Assembly (NCBI GenBank): GCA_051942205.1
Contig: JAVECO010000006.1
Span: 186,001-250,000, forward strand
Direction: 5' to 3'
DNA: 64,000 nucleotides
DNA from: Coniocarpon cinnabarinum
Taxonomy: Eukaryota
Position 1 is the stretch's first letter. Each line of letters opens with the position of its first letter. A program made the translations under genes and the position numbers. The notes beneath the pieces were generated by a model. That model searched no databases, had not been told where the DNA came from, and was given only the letters and a program-made list of their open reading frames with translations. Of the stretch, positions 37,101-48,973 are shown one piece after another.

Positions 37101-40100
37101 TTATCGGGACATCTTGGTGTTGTCCTTCACAAGCACGAACATAAGGATGTTGAGCACTACGAGGAATCACTTTTCGGCGGTTTTCTGGTAGAGTTCCGCG
37201 AGGAATTCACCATTGTCATTGTCGAGCGCATTCTCATCAAGGCGTCTGAACTTTGCATTCGTGGTGAATTCGTCGCTGCGGAAGAGTTATATGTGGAGCT
37301 TTGGCTGAGGCTGACCGAAAAGTGTCGCATCACAGAAGTCGTCGAGTGGCATGAGAAGAAAATCCTGCTGATGCTCACCTACGCGCGATTTTTGGAGGCT
37401 CGTCGTCGTCTCGCAGAGGTAAGTGTTATTCGTCTGTCTTATTCAACGTTGTACCGCTCACTGACGAATCTTGATAGGCTAGCTCACTGTTATTATGCAT
37501 CTGGCGAGAATACGAGTTCCACGCGTTCTCCACAGTGGAGTCGATAATCCTTCATTTCAAGGAAATTGCGATCCTGATGAAGAAAGTCAGTCTGCTTCAA
37601 GTAGCTCTCAGCGTCTTCAAGAAGTGTTGGTCATACTTCAAGAGTACCCATCGAACTGAAACCACTATCTATCGTGAGATCGAGGAACACATCACGGTCA
37701 CTTCAAAGGCGATAGTCGAAGTCGCGGTGAAGAATGTCACGACCTCTACATCGGAAACTGTCATTCGCGAGGTATTCGAGTCATCTATCGAGGAATCGTC
37801 GACGACAGAGATCAGCTCTACTACTATCGAACTGTGCGAGTCCCTGACCTCAATTTATATGAAAGAAGAGCGCTTCTCCGAGGCCATTACCTGTATTAAG
37901 AGTGTTGTCAAGAGGTCATGGAGCTCCTTTTTCGCTGCATCTTTCCAGAGTACGACAACAATTCACATGGCATCACTGGATCTTGTCACCCAACTCGCTA
38001 TTTGCTATCTGAAGCAATCCCGACTAGAAAAGGCCGAGTCGGTCTATGTTCGCCTCTACCGCGCGGTTCGCAGCTGCTACAGCGTCGACCATCAGCTTGT
38101 GATCAAATACAGCGAGATGCTGCTTAGCTTCTACAAACAGCACAGCCTTTACAGCAAGGCCATCAGCTTCTATCAATCGCTTCTTGTTGAGTACCGCGCG
38201 TTTTATGGTATCTCCCACAGTATCGTCGTCCGCACGTTGTACGCGCTTGGCGATCTGTGCCGTCAGCATTACCGTACTCATGGCTACTGGATCGACTACT
38301 ACCTGGAGATTGTGACTAGTCTGAACAAAGGGGCAGCCATCTGCCATGTCGATGCACTCCGCGCCTTGGTCATTGTAGCGGAGTGCTACTTTGAAGACTG
38401 TCGATATTCTGAGTCACTCGCGTACTACAAGGTCATCGCATCTACATTCTTCAAGCATGGCATATCTTACGAATACTTCAAGCAGGTCACAGAGATTACG
38501 AAGATATTTGAGCACTACGAGCACGCCATGATTGAGTCGAAGGTCGAAATTTCAGTCATCATTTCGATGCTAAAAGAGTACCACGAATCATGCGTCCGCC
38601 ACTTTGGGGCTACCGCTGAAATCACAATCACGGCAACAATGCAATACGCATCGATGTGCATGAAGAGCGAGCACCATCATATGCAGGTAAGTCTGTCGAA
38701 CACTGTCCTGTTCTGTTCTTCAGCATGCCCCGGCGAACCAGCTTCTTGTGTGGTTTCGCCTGGTCTGTGTTCCATTTACTTCAATGCTAACGCTTAAACT
38801 TCAGGCCATTTCCCTCTATGAACATGTTTGCAAGCATTCGTCACGCACTGAGATTACGACCAGATGCAAGACAACCCTGCGCACCCTCTACGTGAAGCAA
38901 GTCACTTCAAGAAGCAGCACGACCGTTACAAAGACCATGCTCGAAAGTGCAACAACTCTGACGTACGAGCGCTACTTGGAAGTCCGCAAAACATACTCAT
39001 GCAGCCACGAGACATCCATCAAATGCTTGTCAGAGCTCATCCAACTCTACTACCAACAGTCCAAATATGAGCTAGCGATCAAAGAGCTGCGCAGCTACAT
39101 CATGAAATGTGTGACTGAGGTCACTTCCTCCAAGGAGCTCATTGCCGTAGCTGTCTCTGTGGCCAGCATTTTCCGCAGCTGCGAGTACATCGACTACGCC
39201 TACGAGCTGATCCGCGAGCTGAAGATGCAGATCATCTTCAAATCGACCTTGAACGTGTCCAAATACGGTTTCAATCTCACTGCAAGCTCGCGCGTAGCTT
39301 TTGCGTTCCTCGCAGCATTCGAGGCACACATGCTACAGACTGTGTCAGTAGCAGAGCTCATGGCTGAGTATTCAGCAATGTTCCTCTACTATGAGCGATA
39401 CAGCAGTGCCATCAAATCGAAGTCGTCAGTGATGGCCATTTTTGTGTCAGCTGCGAAGCTTCGCCATCTCATCAACAAGCGTCAACGCATTGAGTATTAC
39501 TTTGTCATCGAGCGCGAGGTCTACACGTATTTCTCTTCTTCAGAGACACGTGTCATTAAAGATGCGGGCTCTGAGTCCGCCGTCAAGCTGTTCATCACGC
39601 TCTTGCTGGAGCATCTCGTCGAGCGCACAGTGACAGAAGCCAGCTTTGTCGCCATTGCAGGTCGTGCCGCCACTGCAAGAATCCAGCTTCTGCTGGAGGC
39701 CAAGAAGTTCAAGGATGCGCTTGATCTGACAAAATGCACCTATGCCTACCTGATGGCGCATGAAGGTCTTGACGACGAGACTGAAATCAGCCAGGGCTTC
39801 ACACTCTGCCTCATGATGGCTGGCCGCGGCTACCCACGCTGTGGCGATGCTCAACTCGCAAAGGCCATGATGGACTTCTCGCGCCAAATCCTCAAGCAAG
39901 TGTTCGAGATCATCAGAACATGTCACATCGAGGTTGCACGCTGCAAGCTTGAAGATCTGAGCGAGCTTATGGGCCTTCTCGGTGAGCAACAGGACTGGGC
40001 TAATCTGCAGTACGTCCTTAGCAGCCTCTGGAAGTCTCGTGAGGGTCAGAAGTGGAGTCAGAATACCACTACTTCAATCGCACGCCGCCTCATTCAAGCG

Positions 40101-40706
40101 TACTTCTGCTCTGGCAACTACGCTAGCGCTATGCGCCTTGCCGAGGACATGCTGTACAATGTACGCTGCGTCTACGGTCCTCGTAGCGCCAACGCACTGA
40201 GCTTCTATGAGCTGGTATCTCAGCTGTACATCTCTTCGGCACTGCAACTTCAGCAGCAAGACACGAAGACGGCAAAGGAGACAGCGCAGGCTTACTTCAA
40301 GAAGGCCGCGGACGTCCACACGAACGTGCTCAAGCTCTTCGTCAATGTCTCCGAAGACTCTGCAGGTGAGGACTCCGATTTGGACAGCGAGATCTCGTCG
40401 AACGCTTCGTCGCCGAAGGCTGGCTGCGGTCACACCTATCTCGAGCAGAAGAAGGAGCGCGAGGAAGCGATGAAACGACACATGCGCGGATTGAAGCTGG
40501 CGTATCAGCGCCTTGGCGGCTGGACGCGTGACGCGAAGGATTTCGACAAGGTCACGGATCTCGTCTGGCAGGCGCATGGAAAAGATTTGGGCATGGAGAG
40601 GAAGAATGTCATGAGTCGGGAGTGGTCGTCTAATGGCTGGGGTGCGGGCAAGAGCGAGGGACGAGAGGATGAGTTTGTCGGACCGTCGCGATGGGAGGTT
40701 CTATAG
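34106..40706 (+). CDS. Large NACHT-domain STAND/NLR-like protein with long helical TPR-like C-terminal region (~2,100 aa, 4 exons)
   Basis: Walker A GEAGSGKS, Walker B ILVDGLDE, GSLLWA, AERPLT and LLEYAVRYW motifs. Introns 34206-34344, 37419-37477 and 38687-38804 join the large ORFs. Confidence 0.88.
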
Positions 40707-41599
40707 GTAATATGGGTACGAGTCTCAAATATCTAGTTGAGCGTTGAGTTATGGCGCGTTCAATGAGCTTAGGAATGGGTTGGCTATCTGAATACATTTA
40801 CCCATGTCATACCGTGCAAGCACGCGTCTTGGACCGTCTGGCGATTTGGATTTCTCTTCGTGACAAGGCGCGTTAAGAGTAATTCAGGAAGATACCAGGA
40901 TTTCAATACTCATCCATGGTGCTGAGTCGCGTAGAAGACAGAGCGACACGTTAGTATAACGGGTCCAGTAAGTAATGAACCGCCCGTCTCCTGCAGTGTT
41001 TCGCAACGTATTAATGCCTTCCAAAGGAGGTAAGTATTCAACCAGGTCCGATCCGCGTCTCGATTGACAGTCTGAACACTCTGGGAACCCAAACACACAT
41101 GGGTGTTCATCTTGGCGTTTCAAGCTGGAAGCGGATATTATAAATCTATCGAACACATCCGAGACTTTGACACTGGCTATCACTCCGTGCTACGTTGTAT
41201 TTCGCGCCTCTCACCATGCGCATTGGAATGAGCATCGACTCATGCTCCTTGTCATCGCTCAAAAGCTGTCCGTTTCTCTCTTGTGATGCAAGTGTGGAGC
41301 ATCTCATGAGCTGATCTCAGATCTATCCCAAAGCCCTCTCCATCAAGGAGACGCGTCGGCGTTGACGGAAGTGTCGACCGAGACATATAAGATGTCTTCC
41401 AGATTCTGGTAGACACTCAGAGTCTTACCTGGTGTCTCAAATTTCTGTACATTCGTTTGCACTGTCTTTCGTTGATGTACACCATATGGTGGTAACTATC
41501 ACCGACTCAATCGCTTCCCTTGATCAGGCGAGGCTATACCATTGCCATTCACTCGTTTTAGGATCCCATCGCAACGACGAAGGCCCCTCTCTTCGCGCA

Positions 41600-42677
41600 A
41601 TGCGAGCCATTAACTCCTTCACTTCAATACTCTCACTAATCTGTCTTCTTCCGATCGTCGAATCAATCTTCACAGGCGGCTTCGACCTCTGGGACATTCC
41701 CGACAACGCAACCTGGATCCGCGAAATCAAAACCACGCTGAAGCTTCCCAAGGCGCCCAATCCACAAGGTCAGATGTCCATCTGGGCAGGCATGATCACT
41801 GATAATGGGGACTTCATTCAAGCGCTCGCTTTGAGCTACGCTGCGGATCAAACTGTGTATGTCTCTCGATTGCTGAAATTAGTTACATGATTGTGGTGGG
41901 CCTCTGAATGTCGGACGGCTTGAATAATCTTGGGGCAATGCAGTCAGAGGTGATGACTGATCAGGTTGAATAGCACTCAGGGCCAATGCCCCAACCTTAC
42001 CGCCAATCATTGGTGTACTGTGTCCTCGACTCTGAAAAGCATGTACTTTGCGACTCCGTCTCAGCTGAAGTGAGCATTAACCCTAAACCAGATGGCAATA
42101 ATTATCAAACAATGGGTAGAGGAAATATGAGAGCGGCGCCAGGCTCTAACATGACTTCGCACTGTAAGTTCGTTTCCACGAAACGCAGTCTCTTATCTTG
42201 GAAGCTTACGACTTGTCTTAGACAAGTATAACGATCGCACGCGCCAGTACGATCAATACACGCTGGTCAATGGCAGACAAGTATCCTTACTATCGACAGG
42301 TACGTCACTTGTCTAGGATCTGAAGCACATATTCAAACTCATCATCGCTTACTCAGCATCCGGCCATGGCGTCACGATAACAGCCAACACCGAATGCACC
42401 ACGCCTCCGAGCTGCGGAACCGTACCTGCATTCAGTAAGTTCACGCAACGACCGATCAGCAACAACTGCTAACACGGAGTCATCAGCGTGGTACAATACC
42501 GTCATCAAACTTGACGAGCCCGTCCCTGACTACGGATCCCGTCTCATGCTTGTGAAGGGTGCGTCGGGAAAGTTCAGGTCAAACGATGGCGGGCGCACGT
42601 GGCTTTCGGATGAGATTTCGATCCCAGGGCGATCATTGCCAGCTCAGCAGGGACAGGCAAGTGTTCCAAGTCCCTGA
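41600..42677 (+). CDS. Small secreted protein, multi-exon; paralog of 23616-24650
   Basis: Signal peptide, TTLKLPKAP, IWAGM..DFIQAL, SWVYC, LLST|ASGHG..NTECT, WYNTVIKL and SNDGGRTW. Many short GT-AG introns. Confidence 0.8.
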
Positions 42678-43700
42678 GCTGGGTTCAGACATCTGTGGTT
42701 TGATGTGCAGAGAAGCGAGATCTGGCGAGGCGTAGCCTCATGTTTGGCAGGAATCATATAGTCAGAACTGATTGCGAGTATCCATATCAAAGACCGAAAA
42801 GGGCGAACGACACTGATGAAGGAAGAAAATATGTAGGCACTATCCGGGTTCATAATGATGGCATGATGTATGACCGTAAGTCTAGAATTTCCGCCTAAGG
42901 CGCGGCCTTTGCTTGCAGACGCAAGCAAATCCAAACGTGATTGCTGCTCGAAGACCTTGCTTCGAGGTTAGTATGGTCGGCAAAGTCACGAGGTCCTTCG
43001 ACCAAAGATGGGTTGAAGTGGCGCGTGGCGGTGCAGATCACCAGCCACATTGAGTTTAGTGTCGTCTTTGAAGCTGACTACATCCCATCTGCCTCCATCG
43101 ACATCAATGCGGATTCGACTTGTACTGCTATGTCATTGAAGACTTGCAGGTTTGTTAGAGACCATCACTCGTCTATTTATACAGGAGTCATCTGGGCCAC
43201 GTAGGCAGTAAGGGTATCAGTACATATTTGAGGGCCCGGAACGCCGCGCTCTGACCTTTGGTCAATCAAAGTTCCCATCACCAGGTCCACGCGCAGCTCG
43301 ATGGTTTGATCAATTTCTGTCTCCATCGCTGGGTCGACTCCCCGCTCCTTATTATTAGCAATTCCCCGTTGCACCCTTGAACTCCGAACAAGCAAAATAC
43401 TATGAGAGCTGATTGACGCTTTGCGTTTTGTCCGCGCGTCCTCTCTCCAGGAAGAAAAAGCCTTTGAAAAGCTCCATCACCACTAACGTCACCCAGCCGG
43501 GTTGCTGCATCTTGAAGGCTGTGAGCCCCTCCAGCATCATATACACTCATGTCTGTCGTCGCGTCGGCAAGGTCTAGATGTCCGTCTGAACGCCATTCAC
43601 GAAAGCTTGAACATTATGTCTTGTCTTCGGTGCCCATGGTTGTGTCGCTGATGATCTCATGCAGTTTACCTGCCTTCTCGAGATCAGTGCATGTGGCACG

Positions 43701-45952
43701 TTACTGGGCACGTTCCCGCCGCATTCGCTCGATGTCTTGGGTGAGGTTGTATATGGCGGCCTCGGGAGTCATGCCGTAGCTGATGTAAACGGGAGTGCCG
43801 TGTGTATATTGGGTACGCATCTCCACAATCCCGTTGGGATGACCGAAAAATTGGTAGGTCGCGAGGCCGTCGAAACGCACGTCGGAGATGGCGAAAGGCT
43901 CTGTAGCGCCGGTATTAGCTGCCATCTGCTGGATGGCTTGGGAGTCTGGCGGAGGGACGAAATCGCGCAGTTGATCCAGAGGCTGGCGGACAATAGAGAG
44001 GTGTTGGCGCTGCTTGCCGTCAATCGGTTCAGAAGAAGCACGCTCTCCGCGTGCTGGACTCGGTGGGTTCCCAAGTCCGGCCCCCGATCGACGTCCCAGA
44101 GCTTGTCCAGGAACAACAGTCAGCGCCGTCTGCGCTGCAGGAGGAGTTGCTGAACCTTGCCTCCCCTCAAAGTCCAGAAACTCCTCCTCCAGCACAGCCG
44201 CCGCTGCCTGCTGTTCCTGTGAGCTCTGGTCGCCCACGACGACACCCACTGGCGAGTAAAACTGTGATCCCCACCCATACAACTGGCTCGCACCGAAGCC
44301 GTCCATCGGCACGAGGGTGTTGAGGTCGTTGTTGTCGCCGTCCATGTTCCACGGCTGACTGTTGTTGTTCCAAACAGCATTGGCATTGCTGTATGTGGCC
44401 GAGCTCACGTTGCCGCTCATCATAGGATCTTGGCTGTTATTGAACGATTGCAAGCCATTGGTATTGGCCTGCTGCCCGTCATTGGAAAGCGACAGCAAAC
44501 GCGGATCGATCACGCCGGAGTCAACGCCGGCGTTGTTGCTGCCTTGTGTATTGGGAAGCGACAGCAATTGGGGGTCCACTACGCTAGAGTGAACGCTGGT
44601 GCCATTTAGGTCTTGTGTGCTCGACATTGAGAGCACGCGGGGGTCCACCACATCTGGTTGGAGACCCGCACCGATGGCTTGATGCCCATTGTTGGGCATT
44701 GATAGCAGCTGTGGATACATCACGCCTGAGGCTTGTGATGTTAGTATTGGACTATCGCCACGAATGTGGCGCGCGTCAGAGCTTGGCAGGTCTGCCATTC
44801 CCGGCATTGGTACAGCCTCGTTCGTCTGTTGCGAACGGGCGCCGGTGTTGTTTGTCTTGCGCGAGCGCTTTTGAGGGCGCTCGCCGCTGGCTGCCTTGTC
44901 AGTCTTTCGCTTCGTGCCACGCTTTGCTGGCTGCGTCTCTGGTGCATCTTGGACACCACCCCCAGCCTGAGTCTGGGCCTGAGCCCCAGCCAGAGCCTGA
45001 CCACTGCTTTCTGCAGTGTTTTCACCATCATCCTGAGCTGGAGCCTGACTAGTACTCTCAGCTTCTCGAAGCGACGGGATGGTGCCAGGGTCCACTCCTT
45101 GCATCAAGACTTCCGCAAGCTGCTTCGTCGCCTTTTGGAGGCGGATTCCGAGCAAAACCACGAGCTTGATCTCAGTCGACTTCGTGTGGACTTTTTTGCA
45201 GACGTTCTTGATGCGACCTATGGCAGTGTTGGCATCAGTGCCCATCTTTAATGCGAGCTCGTCGCGACTGCAATACGGCAGGTCCAGCACGCCACGTGTG
45301 GCTTGGCCTTGGACCATGTTGAAAACCCGTTGTGTATTCTCGCTGTTCATGCCAAAAGCCTGGGCTCTGGGGTTGTTGACTTGAAGTCCGGCATCCTAGA
45401 CAAGTCAGCTTGCAATCGGATTGATCAGTGATACAAGACAACGTACACGTCGAATTTGGGATGATCCAGCGGCATGCGTGTGGTCTAGGCCTACATCATC
45501 GGCTGCAATGAGCTCACCGGCAATGCGAATGTAGGAGGCCTTGGGTCGGGCGCGGCCTTCTTCCTTGGAGGCAGTCTTGAAGTAACGGTAGCCGCGAGGG
45601 TTGCCAGAAAATTTGATGCCATCAACGATCAGGACCCAAGCTCTGCTCGTCTTGTCAGCAAACTGGAACAAATTGATCTGGGAGTAAGGTGGGAGGTAAG
45701 TTCATTTTGCACTCACCCGCACACAGCTCCTGGAGGGACGTCCCAGCGGTGCTGATGAACTGGACAAGTTCCGCTGCCTTCTTCGCCAATGAATTGGGTG
45801 CAAATCCATTCGCCAATGGCAGGCGGGTCACTAGGGGATTTGTTGACAACATGGATTTCATCCTCGTGATGGTTGACGCCATGAATCTTCAAATATTCTT
45901 TGACAGCATCGGTGACTCCTTTCAAGTCGTCCAAAGTAAATGGTTGAGACAC
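43701..45952 (-). CDS. Orphan protein, probably nuclear, with an NLS and a N/Q/S-rich repeat region (~3 exons)
   Basis: ORFs 45713-45952, 45405-45671 and 43701-45350 are separated by intron-like segments (GTGAG donor, CTGAC..CTAG acceptor). Basic PAKRGTKRK..KRSRK; four (D/Y)P(R/Q)(L/V)LS(M/L) repeats. Confidence 0.65.
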
Positions 45953-46040
45953 TTGTTGATGTCAGCAAATGGAAGGTAAAGGAGAAGCAGGAAGACGTCT
46001 CACTCTTGATCTGATGCTTGATGTGATGTGATAAAACACA

Positions 46041-46148
46041 AAGGTATTGGTAACAGGTGCTGTTGATTTCGTGTGGAAGGTAGTGGTAACAGGCGCTGTT
46101 GATCTTGTGTTCAAGGTAGTGGTAATAGGTGCTGTTGAGCTCGTGTTG
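46041..46148. repeat. Three degenerate 36-bp tandem repeats just upstream of the orphan gene
   Basis: Units begin at 46041, 46077 and 46113; consensus approximately aaggtagtggtaacaggtgctgttgatytygtgtkg. Confidence 0.88.
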
Positions 46149-48077
46149 CAAGAAGGTAACGTGTCTGAAGTGTTGGAGGCAAGCAACGTCGATGGAAGTA
46201 TCTCCCTAGTTTGTTTCTTGCTAATTCAAGTTGACAGAAGGAGTGTTGACAAGGACTGCAGACTACTTGACGAAGAGAAGAAAAGTGAGTGCAGAGAAAG
46301 TGGCAGCAGTCGGTAATCAACAGAGGAGGACTATACGCAAAACACCAAAAGAGGCTGCTCCCTGGTTCTGAGGCACGCTCTCGAAGCACGGACGCTCTGG
46401 TAGCTGTTTGATGAGGGGTGTGGTCGATATCAACACCATCCCTGCACACCAGAGGCCTCATATTCCCCATTAGGGAACCATTCCATTCGTCGAGCCCCAC
46501 CGAACGAGCTCATCGGACCGTACCGACGTCACTAGTGGCCTATTACCGGGTCGCACTCGAAACGCGTGGCCTGTGCAGAGACATTGACAATAGCGCTAAG
46601 GCACTGTCAATGCCCGAGCAACAATGCCCCCCTTGAGAGGACCAATCAGGGGGCAAGGACGCGGACCAAGGTGGGTCCATCCCTGCGCTGATCATAAAAC
46701 AGGAGGCTGGCGTGCAGGACGCTAGTGGACTAATGGTTGTCAAAAGTATGATACTAGTCCGCATCGGGCCATGTGGCAAATCAGCGCTCAACCTCCATCG
46801 GCTGCACTTCTGGATTCTCGAGCGGATTTCCTTCAAAACTGACCCTCTGATCACGTATCTTTTGCATAAAAAGAGCGTAGAGTGACCGTGCTGAATGGGC
46901 TGCACGCAAAAAGCAAGACCGCACCTTTTGCGACGCGTATCGCAGTGAGGGCAGGACGAGATGAGCCGGAGGTAAGCGGTTATCTCGACGCACCCCTCGC
47001 ACGGTCCACCTCTGGAAGGTGGACGCAAGCTCGCTCTACACGCAAACCTCGCTAAATCCTGCCTCGCCGCGACTCAAGACGGAGTGTCCTTGCCAGGAGG
47101 CAAAGGTGCAGCAATCGAGCGGGGCTGTGCGAGAGGTAATACGTCCCCGCACGCGAAGCAGTGTTGCGAGGTACCCTTCACGAGCGCGGACTGGGAAAGA
47201 GCGTGCAAGAACAGGAGCCGCTCGCCAAACGTTTCCCGAGTCATGCATTGGCGCAGGTGAGCATTCCACTCTCCCTCCCTGACTCGACCACACCACACTG
47301 CGAATTGCATGACGTGGTGCGTATGGCAACTGCCCAGTCCCCGCTTCCAAGAAAAACTTGCATCGAGATTTGTTTCAAATGTCCTTGTCACATGTGATTT
47401 ACAAAAACCTGAGCCATACGCGTGCTTCGCGCCCATCACATGAAAGCGCGGTCGCAAAAACAACAGCGAGTCGTGTTTTTGCGCTTTGAGTGTAGTCCGC
47501 GTAGAGTGTACGTGATTTCCCCTTGCTTGTAGAACACAGTCATCCGTGATTTTCGAATCTAAACATTGCAGAATTATCACCCTTTACCTCGAAAGAATGC
47601 ACGCGAGTTGAAAGTTGTGAAAAATTTGCAAATCTTCGACTTTACTCGACTGTAGATCGCACAACCAACCAATATCGAAGAGTTCTGGGCACATACTTTA
47701 CCCTACTCTGTGCTTGACTGCTCATCACGCGTTGCATTGGAAACCTTTGTTTCCGTGATATCAGAATTTAACAGACGCCTGATGCTTGTTTTTTTTTGTT
47801 TTTCTCGTCATTTCAACCCAAGTCTCCGCAACTTACGCCTCGTTCCCTTGTACTTTTCATCTAGATGGACACATACAGATAGACTACTTCGCTCGTATCA
47901 TCAGTAATTTTATGCGAGAGACGCCTGCACGTCTTTCTTTCTCTGGAGCGCTGGATTCCTCCAAATTCTTGATCTTCTTTTGGTAAAATCCAATCTATCG
48001 AATTCCAGCTTCTACTGATTCATATTGACTGACGAGCACTTTGTGTTGCGTAAGCCGACATCGCACTATTCCTGCAA

Positions 48078-48105
48078 TATCTCGCAAGATCTCGCAAGAT
48101 CTCGC
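48078..48105. repeat. Short tandem repeat (ATCTCGCAAG)x~3
   Basis: atctcgcaagatctcgcaagatctcgca. Confidence 0.65.
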
Positions 48106-48973
48106 ACAAATAATCTGTAGAGTCGTGCAGGCATGCGTGAAACAACTTTTCAACCACGATGTGAAAGATGTAAGAAGGTGCGACCCTCAAGCAAAATTTA
48201 TGTAATGCTCTGCAATTCAATGGTGGACCCATGATCTACCTCATGAGGGCAATGAACGCGCTCGCAAAGCGTACCGAAAATTTTTTTGAGTAGCACAGTC
48301 ACTGGCAAACACGTGACGTGGTGCAACGTCAACGAAGTAAAAATCTGGTCACGTTCCGTTGTTCAGATTATTAGACGAGGATTGTTAGACTTTGGAAAAG
48401 TCGCAGGGGATCAATAACAAAAAAAAGCTTGGGCAACCTGGAGTGCTTCTGCCATTCATAGACCTGAAGCTGCTCAGGAAGCTAGAAGGTGCGTTAATCT
48501 CTTATTCGGCATCTTTCCGTGCTCGTCGAAGTCGGAGATGAAGCCTAGTCATGGCTTCATTAGTAAGCAGAGCTATTGTTGATCGCGACACGTGGTTAAG
48601 TGGTCTGTGCTTCTCTGTGCTTGACTACACACCATACTTGTCCTAAGGAAGCAAGCATGACGCAGGGAGCGATCAGATGATTCATACAGCCTCTTCAGCC
48701 TTTGATGAGGGGCTGGAAAGCTTTATACTTTCGAGACTTATACAATTTCAGCTTAGTCACAGCCAACAAAGTCGCCCATAAAATAGAGGAACAAAGCATC
48801 AACAAATTGGTTATGCATTGCAAATGCTAGTGGAATACGCACAATCAGAGAAGACAAGGTTCTCGAAAAACTTGAATCACCCGAACATTACGATGTATTT
48901 CATAGCGAGCTCACTCGTCACTGAAGACGCATCTGTACAGATTTCCAACCTCCCAATTCCTGACAACCAATGC

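Noticed and set aside
43078..43550. Possible small spliced minus-strand gene downstream of the orphan
   Set aside because: Fragments look partly coding, but I could not build a consistent exon chain or recognise a motif.
24700..48800. Starship or other giant transposon carrying the NLR and orphan genes
   Set aside because: No tyrosine-recombinase captain, transposase or terminal repeats were recognised within the window.
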